From the NCBI GenBank assembly GCA_963669175.1, contig OY769902.1, positions 3,456,001 through 3,520,000 on the forward strand: 64,000 nt of DNA, given 5' to 3'. Under the pieces are notes generated by a model. That model saw only the letters and a list, made by a program, of their open reading frames with translations. It was not told the origin of the DNA and made no database searches. Source of the stretch: a bacterium. GTDB lineage: Bacteria > Electryoneota > Electryoneia > Electryoneales > Electryoneaceae. Both the position numbers and the translations under genes were made by a program. This document shows, in pieces, positions 9,729 to 18,685 of the stretch; position 1 is the stretch's first letter, and each line of letters opens with the position of its first letter.

Positions 9729-12302
9729 TTACAACGTCACTTTGACCTCAGCCATGTAAAACCGTGTCGCTGCTGGAATGATGTACACGCCCCACGCATC
9801 CGTAGCGCCGGTAAGCTCATACTCGGTGCCGAACAGGTTGCGCACATGCAGATCCAATTCAACTTTCGGCCAGTAAGCACGGCTGAAGAATGCGTCCCTG
9901 CCGGAAACGCCTAGAAGATTGACCCCCATTGAAAAATCAAACCGTGTATATGCGTCAATACGCCTGTCCTGGGACAGTGTTGGCGAACCGGCAATAGAAA
10001 CACCGTTCACTACTGTTTGTCCCTGCAAATCGGACAGATTTTCGGTATTGTCGAGATACTGCTCGCCCACATGGTGTGCGCTGATCCGTGCCCAACCACG
10101 TGTGGTTTTCCAACTCAAACCGATATTGGCAATCAGTTCCGGAGCTTTGATGATGTGATTGTCACTGTTATCAATCGGAACCTCAACACTCCAGCCGCTT
10201 GCCGGATCAACGACAGACGTAGTCGTTGTGTAGTCTACAAAGCGGTTCCTTGCCAGATTTACGTTACCTTCCACCTGCAAGTGCATGGGCAACAGAATCT
10301 TTCCACCCAGTTCAATACCTATCCGGCGCGTTTTAGCGGCATTTTCAATAACAGGCTGGCCCAGGACGTCATATTCGCCGATGTCAACAATCTCATCGGT
10401 CATTTCCATCCAATAGCCTGATATCATCACAGCAGCCTGGTCCGTACGCCAGTCTACACCAGCTTCGACGTCGTTCAACACCTCTGGTTTAATCTGCGGA
10501 TCTTCGAAGTTCACCGGGTCGTCATAGCGAATAACCGGGTAGCCGGTTTCTCCCCAATAATGATCTTTCAACCGTGGCTCCCTGCTGACCAGGCTGTAGC
10601 TGCCCCATACGCGGACAGGATCATTCACCTTGTAAGAGATGCCGAAATGCGGGTTGGAGAACAGGTAGGACTGCGAGAATTCCGTCCCGAAGCGTTTGTT
10701 ATGCAGCACCTCGTATTCAATACTGGAAAGCTGCAATGTCCCCGAAAGCAGCAGCTTTTCCGTGACCTGGAATTGATCACTCAGGTAGCCGGTATAGATA
10801 TGTTTGCGTCCTTCATAGTCATACCAGACATGTTCCGGTTCTGTGTCACTCGGAAGAGCTTCTGCCCATTTGAGTTCACCATAACGACGGCTGCGGTGGC
10901 TGACAATCTGCCCACCGAGTGACAGGTCATGCTTCTCCAACTTCCAGTTCAGACGTGGTTGCCATCCGCCCTGGTGATTGACTGCATGCTGACGTGCAAC
11001 GGCATTGGTGAAATCAACGAAGAACTCACCATCCACATTCTCCGCCAAAGCGCCGGTATCGTCATAACGGTACCAGTGCGACGGATACATGGTGCTGTCG
11101 GATGTAGTCAATCCGGGAAGATCCCAGAAATCCCAGGAATAACCCCAGTAGTCAGGGTAGTACACATCGAAATAGCCTTCACCACGGATGTAGTAGGCTG
11201 TCTGACTCAGCTCCAGGTTGTCCCGGATTTTCCACGAATGATGAAGCTGGTAATGAGGCTGGTAATAATTGTCCGTCTCGTTCTCGTAGGTCAGCGGGTT
11301 GGCTGTTCTGTCCTGTTCCAGAACATCACGAGTAATACCGGAATACGCCATGTGGTTCTTGATCGGGCCACCGAACGCCAACAGACGTGTTACCGTCTTC
11401 TCGCCGATATGAGTACCTGACAGATAATAACTGAAGTAATCCGACCAGGACTGATCACGATATCCATCCGAAGTCAACCGGGAAAATCGTGCGTCAATAT
11501 AGGTATTCCCTTTGATCGGACCGGACTGGAGGTGCACACTGCCACGCTTGGTATTGTAGCTGCCGAAACCATATTCGGCGGATACTTCAGGCTCATCCGA
11601 GTACGTTGCAGTCTGCACACTAATGGTCCCTCCTACAGACGGAAGACCATAGGGCACAACACCGCTGCCACGTTGCACCTGGACATCTTCGATATTCGCA
11701 CCGAAATCCGCCAGGTCAACCCAGTAGACATAAAAGTCTTCCGGATCATTCAGCATCACGCCATTGATGAACACACCGATACGTTTGAAATCGATGCCAC
11801 GCATGGAAACATAGCTGTAACCAAGCGCATTCCCGGCATCTGTGGTGGTGGTCAACGATGGGGAGCCTTCCAACGCAACCGGAAGATCCTGACCGAAGTA
11901 ACGAGTATCCAGCTCGTCCTTGGTGACGTTGGTGAAGGGAACAGTGGATTTTTCGGCTTCAACGCGGTCATACGTGACAATCACACCTTCAGACTTGTAC
12001 ACGGCCGGTTCGAGCTCAATCGCTACTGACAGCTCGGCATCACCAGTCGCTGAAAAATGTACACGAGTCGGCCTGAAGGCGACATGCGATACCAGGAGGA
12101 CATGATCGCCTTCCGGTACCTGTTTCAACATAAAGGAGCCATCATCAAGCGTAATGGTTCCCAACCCGGTACCCTCGATACTGACATTGACCTCGGCCAA
12201 TGGTTGCTCAGTATCCGCGTGGGTAACCGTACCTGACAACTCTGCGGCCCCTGTTATCAAAGGCACACAAAGGAACAACAACACGAATGCGGCGATTCGC
12301 AT
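9729..12302 (-). CDS. TonB-dependent receptor, probably thiamine or thiamine-precursor uptake
   Basis: Signal peptide, N-terminal carboxypeptidase-like domain, plug (SMRG...NGVMLND...VQVQRG), barrel ending NLFGTEY...EVKVTL; TPP riboswitch directly upstream; start at ATG 12302 (GAGG RBS). Confidence 0.88.
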   Translation of the reverse strand: MRIAAFVLLFLCVPLITGAAELSGTVTHADTEQPLAEVNVSIEGTGLGTITLDDGSFMLKQVPEGDHVLLVSHVAFRPTRVHFSATGDAELSVAIELEPAVYKSEGVIVTYDRVEAEKSTVPFTNVTKDELDTRYFGQDLPVALEGSPSLTTTTDAGNALGYSYVSMRGIDFKRIGVFINGVMLNDPEDFYVYWVDLADFGANIEDVQVQRGSGVVPYGLPSVGGTISVQTATYSDEPEVSAEYGFGSYNTKRGSVHLQSGPIKGNTYIDARFSRLTSDGYRDQSWSDYFSYYLSGTHIGEKTVTRLLAFGGPIKNHMAYSGITRDVLEQDRTANPLTYENETDNYYQPHYQLHHSWKIRDNLELSQTAYYIRGEGYFDVYYPDYWGYSWDFWDLPGLTTSDSTMYPSHWYRYDDTGALAENVDGEFFVDFTNAVARQHAVNHQGGWQPRLNWKLEKHDLSLGGQIVSHRSRRYGELKWAEALPSDTEPEHVWYDYEGRKHIYTGYLSDQFQVTEKLLLSGTLQLSSIEYEVLHNKRFGTEFSQSYLFSNPHFGISYKVNDPVRVWGSYSLVSREPRLKDHYWGETGYPVIRYDDPVNFEDPQIKPEVLNDVEAGVDWRTDQAAVMISGYWMEMTDEIVDIGEYDVLGQPVIENAAKTRRIGIELGGKILLPMHLQVEGNVNLARNRFVDYTTTTSVVDPASGWSVEVPIDNSDNHIIKAPELIANIGLSWKTTRGWARISAHHVGEQYLDNTENLSDLQGQTVVNGVSIAGSPTLSQDRRIDAYTRFDFSMGVNLLGVSGRDAFFSRAYWPKVELDLHVRNLFGTEYELTGATDAWGVYIIPAATRFYMAEVKVTL

Positions 12303-12465
12303 GGCACACCTCTTGTTAAAAATGGAGTAACCTTGCATGTTCGCCGGGGACACCAGAACAAGTTGGAACGAAGAAGGGATCGGCCGAAACAGAAAAACGC
12401 TCACCGATACGATGAGCGCAGGAATAGTCGACCGTTGTGGAGACGCTGCAAATGCGTGACCACGC

Positions 12466-12552
12466 CGCCTTCCCTACGCCGGAATTAACCGGATCAGGTT
12501 CCACGGGTCTGATCTCAGGTCCGCTGTCATCTCGGACCACCCCGGAACGGCT
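12466..12552 (-). ncRNA. TPP (thiamine pyrophosphate) riboswitch
   Basis: Minus strand reads ...GGGGTGGTCCG...CGGACCTGAGATCAGACCCGTGGAACCTGATCCGGTTAATTCCGGCGTAGGGAAGGC, matching the CUGAGA / ACCUGAU / CGUAGGGAA THI-box consensus. Confidence 0.93.
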
Positions 12553-12601
12553 GGACGCAATGTAATATGTAGACTCACAAAACGCAAATGGAGCTAAGTC
12601 A

Positions 12602-13900
12602 CTACTGCGCCGGACTTTCCATATGTTTGACTCCATTTCGGAGCGGACGCATCCCCCCGGCAAAACCGAGAATGTCTTCTCCATACCGGTCACGCACCCG
12701 ATCCAGAGCCGTAAACATCACTTCCCGCCGTTGACGCACAGTTGCCAGGAACAGGTCATCCTGAACACCGCGTTGTTCACTGGGACACATCAGGTGTGAC
12801 ACACTGATCCCGATCAGACGCACACTCTTGTCCCCTTCGCGCCATAATTCACGCAGCAGGCTCTTTGCTGTCTCATAGATGTCAATGGGATCATTTGTAA
12901 AGGTCTTCATCGCTCGCTGGTGAGTTCTCGTGTGAAAATCGAACGTTCTGAGCTTCAGGGTCACCAGGTTTCCCACATACTGCTCTCGGCGCATCCGCCT
13001 GGCTGCCTTGTCGCACAGATGGAGCAGGCAACTTTGCAGGACCGACTCCTTGATCACATTTTCCATGAATGTGTTTTCGTGGCCCATAGATTTGTCATCG
13101 GGACGCTCTTCCAACGCGACAACCTTGTCCCCGCCTTTGCCGCGCATGGTCCGGTGAAGTTGCTCGCCTGCCATCCCCAGTACCGCACGGAGCTTGTAGA
13201 CCGGGCATCGGATCAAATCCTCAATCGTGTGAATATCCAAAGTCAGCAGCGCCTGCTCAGTTGCCTTGCCCACACCCGGTATTTTCCTGACAGACAACGG
13301 CCCAAGTACTTTCAAGGTCTCTTGAGCATCTATGACCAGTAGCCCATCCGGCTTATCCAGGCCCGATGCGATCTTGGCTACAGTGCGTGACGGTCCGATA
13401 CCAACAGAAGCGACAAGGTTCAGCTTCTCCATAATTGTGCGTTTAATCGCCGCGCCGTATTCCCGGGCTCCTCCCCACAACCAGGCACAGCCGCTCGCAT
13501 CTAAAAACGCCTCATCCACACTGTACGGTTCCACCTTCGGGCTGAATTGACGCAGGATGGCCATCATTCGAATGGAAGCGTCCATATACTTCCGTCCGGT
13601 TGTCTTCAAAAAGATGCCGTCCGGACACAGCTTTCCCGCTTCATACAGCGACATCCCGGAATGAACACCATAGCCCCGCGCCACATAATTACAGGTTGTA
13701 ACAACTCCCCTCGTTCCCTTCGGACCGCCAATAATCACCGGATGCCCTTTCAAGGCGGGGTTGTCACGTTCTTCAATCGCCGCAAAGAAAGCGTCCATAT
13801 CCACATGCAGGATCAGCGAAGACTCTTCCGAAGTCCGGTCCTGTGTCTTTCTGCGGTCTGCATCCGCCCGCATCCGTGTGCTGACATGTGGATTCAACAT
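12602..13900 (-). CDS. dinB: DNA polymerase IV (Y family)
   Basis: LHVDMDAFFA, TCNYVARGYGVHSGM, SVDEAFLD, AKIASGLDKPDG, IPGVG. Confidence 0.95.
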   Translation of the reverse strand: MLNPHVSTRMRADADRRKTQDRTSEESSLILHVDMDAFFAAIEERDNPALKGHPVIIGGPKGTRGVVTTCNYVARGYGVHSGMSLYEAGKLCPDGIFLKTTGRKYMDASIRMMAILRQFSPKVEPYSVDEAFLDASGCAWLWGGAREYGAAIKRTIMEKLNLVASVGIGPSRTVAKIASGLDKPDGLLVIDAQETLKVLGPLSVRKIPGVGKATEQALLTLDIHTIEDLIRCPVYKLRAVLGMAGEQLHRTMRGKGGDKVVALEERPDDKSMGHENTFMENVIKESVLQSCLLHLCDKAARRMRREQYVGNLVTLKLRTFDFHTRTHQRAMKTFTNDPIDIYETAKSLLRELWREGDKSVRLIGISVSHLMCPSEQRGVQDDLFLATVRQRREVMFTALDRVRDRYGEDILGFAGGMRPLRNGVKHMESPAQ

Positions 13901-13915
13901 GGCGCAATCCTTTCA

Positions 13916-14170
13916 TCATCCCACAAGACAGACCCGTGACAGCATCCAGACGCGCGATGCCGTGTTCATGGTCATCTCGTATACATCAGGCCCGGAGGTC
14001 ATCACGGAGAAATGGTGAAAACGTGTCTGTCCCTCTTCAGATAACCACTCCCCATTGACACGTTCCACACGATATACCCGTTCTTTCCAGCGAAACTTCA
14101 ACGGCTGTATCTTTCCGCTACGGAACAGCGTGATGACCTCGATCGGGTCGCCGATTTCTTCGTACCTCAC
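13916..14170 (-). CDS. Small dinB-associated beta-rich protein (DUF6504-like)
   Basis: IGDPIEV...P..FRWK.RVYRVERV...W...W.LSRV pattern; GTG start at 14170 with GGAG upstream; 15 nt from dinB. Confidence 0.6.
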   Translation of the reverse strand: MRYEEIGDPIEVITLFRSGKIQPLKFRWKERVYRVERVNGEWLSEEGQTRFHHFSVMTSGPDVYEMTMNTASRVWMLSRVCLVG

Positions 14171-14197
14171 CTGCTCACACTCCTGCGGCTTGCACAA

Positions 14198-14248
14198 TAC
14201 TGATAATTTGTTCAGTAAAAAGTACAGCAAACTGTGATCAATTGTCAA
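14198..14248 (-). promoter_or_regulatory. Sigma70-like promoter with adjacent palindromic operator (candidate LexA/SOS box)
   Basis: TTGACA (14248-14243), 18-bp spacer, TACTTT (14224-14219); palindrome TACTGA-N8-TCAGTA at 14198-14217 covering the expected start site. Confidence 0.6.
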
Positions 14249-14623
14249 GAGAGGACAGGGATTTTCAGCAGGAGAACGGGATACGTATCGTTTGAATTAT
14301 CAGGATGTTGGTGGATTGAAGTTGGAAAGTTGGCAAGTTATTTTCTTGGTTCTTCCAGCTTTAAACATGCTGTAGCGACATCATTGGCCCCGCCGGCTTG
14401 AAGTCGCCGTAGCTTGCGAAGGTGGCTGCCCGGCGGTGGTCTATTATAATTGAATAGAGAACTCGTCCTTCTGTTTTCATTCCCGCAGCGTATGCAGTAT
14501 TACAATAAAAATCAGCTACACTTTCATCCCAATGCATTATCTATGAAAATCGATAGATCACCGGAAAGCACGCTCAAGCGCGCTCACAAATTGGGTCGCA
14601 CTCCTGTCACCCCGGCTGAAGCC

Positions 14624-15018
14624 CTGTCTCTTACCCACATCCTCTGAAAGCTTTATCAGCAAAAGGATTGTGGACATCGCATTTTTAGAATCCCGGCGGG
14701 ATTCCCTATTTTAGCATAGTGTACAGGCCGTCTGTTTGGCCTGTACACTATGTCAGGATTTCTAACGAACAATCAACCCTGGAAGGGTTGCATAATGAGC
14801 AGTCAATATTAGTTTATTCAATTATTACAGGTAATAACGTAATTTATATCCTTTATAAATCAATTGGGTATCAATTATACTTTATGCAACCCTTTCAGGG
14901 TTGATATGAGGTTTGATCTTTTTCGTAGGGTAGGCGCTAAACAGACAGCGCCTACCCTACGCTAAAATATCCCACCCCCACGGGGTGGCAGAAACACGAA
15001 GATGTGAGTAAGAGACAG
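14624..15018. mobile_element. 395-bp non-autonomous element (MITE), copy 2, with IS50/Tn5-like terminal inverted repeats
   Basis: CTGTCTCTTACCCACATC ... GATGTGAGTAAGAGACAG (17/18 inverted match); 10-bp direct repeat GGCTGAAGCC at 14614-14623 and 15019-15028; 6 substitutions versus copy 1 by manual comparison. Confidence 0.9.
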
Positions 15019-15169
15019 GGCTGAAGCCGGGTGCTAAGAAGAGCAGGCTAAAGCCTGCTAAATCTAGAATTTTGCTTTCAAAATTGAGTTTGAAAGTTAA
15101 TCCTTGCAAGCCTTTCATCCTGGCCATCATTCTGAATCATGTATATCTTGTAAATCCAGCCAATTGAGC

Positions 15170-16729
15170 CTAAAACGCTGCCCCCACCCTCAGTTTCACC
15201 ACCAGGCCTTCATCGGGGAAGCGTGCGCTACGAGACAATTCCACCCTCACCACATCCCGGTACGGCACATGTACGACTAACCCGGCTCCGTAGGCGGCAT
15301 CCCACCCACCAGTATCAAGGCTGTACGGATCATCCGGCGCCCACGTGGAACCGTTGACAGCGCCAATATCCCCGAACAGGATCATGGAGACACCGAACTT
15401 CAGATTCCTGGTGTACTGCCGGAGCATGTCAAAGGCAGGCTGAAATGTGACATAGGTAATCGGCAGGACATCAAACCTCAGCTCACCGGATGCCGCAGCG
15501 CTGTTATCACCTTCGAACGCATCCGGCAGGGTTGTGCGCACCAGATGATTACTGTCGAGCAGGATACGCCGGTACACGGTTGACTCGCCAAAGGTATAGG
15601 CGCCGTATACTTTGCCGGCCCAGATAATATGCGGAAACAGCTCGTAATAGTGCGCCAGTTCAATATTGGGCCGGAAATAGCTGACGTTGGAAGCATTTAC
15701 TGTCTGTGCAGCTTCAAGGAGTAGCTTAAAATAACACCCTTGAGATGCCCAGGGTTTATAATGGCGGGTGTCGATCTGAAAACCAAATTCCTCATCGACC
15801 AACCAGTCATTCTCTTCTCCGGATGCAGTAATGAGACGAGTGGTATCAGTCGCGCCATCCAGATCAAAACTGCGAATTTCCAGACCACCCTTGATCCAGA
15901 AACTGACTTCCTGGTTCAGGCGATGTCCCAGTTTCCCTTCGACAACAGTTTCGCGCGTCATGATCCCATCATTGGAAGAAAGAAACAGCGGTTCCGTTTC
16001 CTGTATGCTCTTCCCCTTGAACTCGGCGAACCAGTCCGGCCCCTCTGCGATATAGGGGATTTTCCAACGGATTTCCGCTCCTTTGGCATTTCCCAGATAA
16101 CCTGCGACGGACAGATCCTCCGCCCTGCCCCGGAAATTCATATGGTTGACGATAATACCGTAACTCACACGACTGGGCACATCTTCATCTACCGCCAGGT
16201 AAATCCCCGGCCAGATATACCAGAGTTCTGTAACAGTAATAACCAGGTTTACGCCATTTGAAGAAGGCGCAGTGCAGATTTCTACACGGCTGAAAAGCCC
16301 CAGTGATTCCAGACGTTTACGGTCTCGTGTGATGCTTTCCAGCGTAATATCCGAGCCAGGACGCAGACTCATTTCATTGACAATCACGCTACGATGTGTA
16401 CTGTTGTTACCGAGGATGATAATCGAATCAACGATTCCTGTAGCCAGTCGTTGCTGCGACTTGCAAGAATCTATTGAAACGGGCAACTGATCTTTGACAA
16501 TATGCTCTGCCTGATCAGGCGCAAGTGCGGGATCTGTAGCGTCCTCGGCTGTGGCAAGTATCGGGGTTATAAGGAATGAAAGCACGGCCAACCAAGCTAC
16601 GAGACAACAGCCTGAACCTCTCTTCCCTTCCTCCTTACCAGAGGTATGAAAGCGAAAAATAAATGGTATCAAGGCTGTATCCTGTACTCCGTTGACTGTC
16701 TTCCACATGAATGAGGCTGCCTTCCACAT
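15170..16729 (-). CDS. Omp85/BamA-TamA-like outer membrane protein with a single POTRA domain (true start uncertain, probably near 16590-16630)
   Basis: POTRA motif IIILGNNSTHRSVIVNEM...RLESLGLFSRV...ITVTE; NFRGRAE; C-terminal beta-signal LRVGAAF. Confidence 0.78.
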   Translation of the reverse strand: MWKAASFMWKTVNGVQDTALIPFIFRFHTSGKEEGKRGSGCCLVAWLAVLSFLITPILATAEDATDPALAPDQAEHIVKDQLPVSIDSCKSQQRLATGIVDSIIILGNNSTHRSVIVNEMSLRPGSDITLESITRDRKRLESLGLFSRVEICTAPSSNGVNLVITVTELWYIWPGIYLAVDEDVPSRVSYGIIVNHMNFRGRAEDLSVAGYLGNAKGAEIRWKIPYIAEGPDWFAEFKGKSIQETEPLFLSSNDGIMTRETVVEGKLGHRLNQEVSFWIKGGLEIRSFDLDGATDTTRLITASGEENDWLVDEEFGFQIDTRHYKPWASQGCYFKLLLEAAQTVNASNVSYFRPNIELAHYYELFPHIIWAGKVYGAYTFGESTVYRRILLDSNHLVRTTLPDAFEGDNSAAASGELRFDVLPITYVTFQPAFDMLRQYTRNLKFGVSMILFGDIGAVNGSTWAPDDPYSLDTGGWDAAYGAGLVVHVPYRDVVRVELSRSARFPDEGLVVKLRVGAAF

Positions 16730-18479
16730 ACATCCTGAACCGTCTCGTATCCCGTGTCAAAAGGCGAAATTGTGGACCTGTCGCATAATACGTTCGCGAA
16801 CGAACCTGGTATGTGTCCCCGTCCACATCCTGATCAAACTGGTCTTCAAACCGGTAATGAATCCTGTACCCCGCCATTAATTCGAGCTTATTCCATAATT
16901 TCCGTGTAAAAGCAACTGAATAATAGCGGGACTGCCTTTCCTCAAACAGCTCCTGAGTAAACTCATCCCAGACCAGTCGCCCGACATCTTCCAGATCCAT
17001 ACGTCCGGCAAACTCCATGGACCAGTTATAGGATACCGGCACAACCAGCGTATCTGCGGCCGACCAACGTCTGAAAGCCCGGCTCTGAATATCACCTGAT
17101 TCCGTATCTTCAAAATCGTATACCGTGTAATTGGCAATCACAGTGAATGACGCCGAGTTGCGCCACCCTTGCGCAGGTGTCCAGATGACCGCAGGATTGA
17201 TTCGGAAAACTCTGTTCCAATTATTAGCTGCCGATTTGGCCGAATTCAGATTCACGAGGTGGTCAAGCACCATGGACGCATCGACTGTTATTTTGGTCTG
17301 ATCAGAAAGCCAGGCCAACCCCCGAAGTTTTATATAGTGAATCAGCTCATCTTCATCAGAATATTCTGCTGTATCCGGCGAATCATCCTGTGTTTTTGAT
17401 ATGGAATAGCGGACAGTCACACTATCCTGGCCGAAAGCATGAGAATATATCCCGCCCGTCTCATGTACTTTACGCATGACAAGATAGCCTGTGTCCCTGT
17501 CACGAATTGCATAACGGTAATAGAATTCACCACGTCCATTTTCCGGGTGAAACTGTAGCGCAAAACGGTTATCCAACTGCCATTGCCGTTCCTCTCCCAG
17601 ATCAATATTCCGGTAAGACTTGTTTGTTCTATTGACAGATAGTTCATAAACACCGCTCATTGAGTTCCCGACCGGTGTGGTCAATCCATTATTAACCAGG
17701 ATAGTATTGTCGACACGGCTGAAAATGGTGCCATCACTCTGGTTGAACAGGTCACTATGATACTGTTGCCATTGTGCGCTCAACCGGTTGACCGCTTCAC
17801 CAAACCTGTGATAATGTGATGCTATGATATTGGACACATAATACTGACGGTCGCCATACTGGTTATACTTGCCAATACCTTCAAGGTTTGGATATTCTCC
17901 CGTCGGATCTGTATACTGCAACAGACCTCGTGTTGATATGCCACTTCCCTGGCCTTCCAGCCGTTTATCGTGTGCAATGCCACCGAGTAGCTGCACACTG
18001 AGATTATCGTTGAGCCTGTATTCCATGCCGGAACGTACTGCGCCACTGCTGGTCAACCTGTCCTGGCCACGTTTGTCCGGATCTGATTCAAGTTCCGCAG
18101 AATAACGGGTCGGCGTCAGTGAAAAGGAACCAGCCTCCTTACGCTTCGATACTTCCATGTCTTTGAAATAATACCCCTCAACCTCGGTAATCCATTCCAA
18201 TGAAGAGGTATAATGCTTGTTTGCGTTCAGCGATAAACCCGCTTCCTGCACCCATTGAGGTTTAAAATTCTCCATCTCACGCACAGTCAGATTGCCATAT
18301 ACCCGTGACAGAACCTGTGTTCCAACCAACGAGCGCTGCAAGATATTCTCAAGTTTCAAGCTGCGTGTGTTAAGTTCCTGGGTATAACCGCTGCTGAGAG
18401 AATCCACTGATTGCGCTGCTGCGTTGTAAGGGATACTCAGGCAAAGCAATACTCCCAGACAGAATACAACAGCCCTCAC
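16635..18479 (-). CDS. Hypothetical outer-membrane beta-barrel protein
   Basis: Signal peptide after GTG 18479 (GGAG RBS); alternating aromatic/polar strands; C-terminal YFSLSYLW. Confidence 0.65.
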   Translation of the reverse strand: MRAVVFCLGVLLCLSIPYNAAAQSVDSLSSGYTQELNTRSLKLENILQRSLVGTQVLSRVYGNLTVREMENFKPQWVQEAGLSLNANKHYTSSLEWITEVEGYYFKDMEVSKRKEAGSFSLTPTRYSAELESDPDKRGQDRLTSSGAVRSGMEYRLNDNLSVQLLGGIAHDKRLEGQGSGISTRGLLQYTDPTGEYPNLEGIGKYNQYGDRQYYVSNIIASHYHRFGEAVNRLSAQWQQYHSDLFNQSDGTIFSRVDNTILVNNGLTTPVGNSMSGVYELSVNRTNKSYRNIDLGEERQWQLDNRFALQFHPENGRGEFYYRYAIRDRDTGYLVMRKVHETGGIYSHAFGQDSVTVRYSISKTQDDSPDTAEYSDEDELIHYIKLRGLAWLSDQTKITVDASMVLDHLVNLNSAKSAANNWNRVFRINPAVIWTPAQGWRNSASFTVIANYTVYDFEDTESGDIQSRAFRRWSAADTLVVPVSYNWSMEFAGRMDLEDVGRLVWDEFTQELFEERQSRYYSVAFTRKLWNKLELMAGYRIHYRFEDQFDQDVDGDTYQVRSRTYYATGPQFRLLTRDTRRFRMYVEGSLIHVEDSQRSTGYSLDTIYFSLSYLW

Positions 18480-18685
18480 GTGAACTCCCAGGTACCGGGC
18501 GGCTTTATGTGGAGGGGGATGCCCCATTGGTAGGTGGTGGCCTCCATGGAACCGCAGTGTCTGCCGAAAAACCGGCAGTCAGGCACGTAAGTATCTTATC
18601 ACCAAAATAAGAACAGAATCGAAGAAAATCACGCCATCCTGTTCACAAATTCACTTTTCTAAGCACTTTTCTTCGTAAAACCCGT

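Noticed and set aside
1030-15018. Composite transposon bounded by the two 395-bp elements
   Set aside because: Each copy has its own distinct 10-bp duplication and the outer flanks do not match, so they inserted independently; the intervening genes are largely housekeeping.
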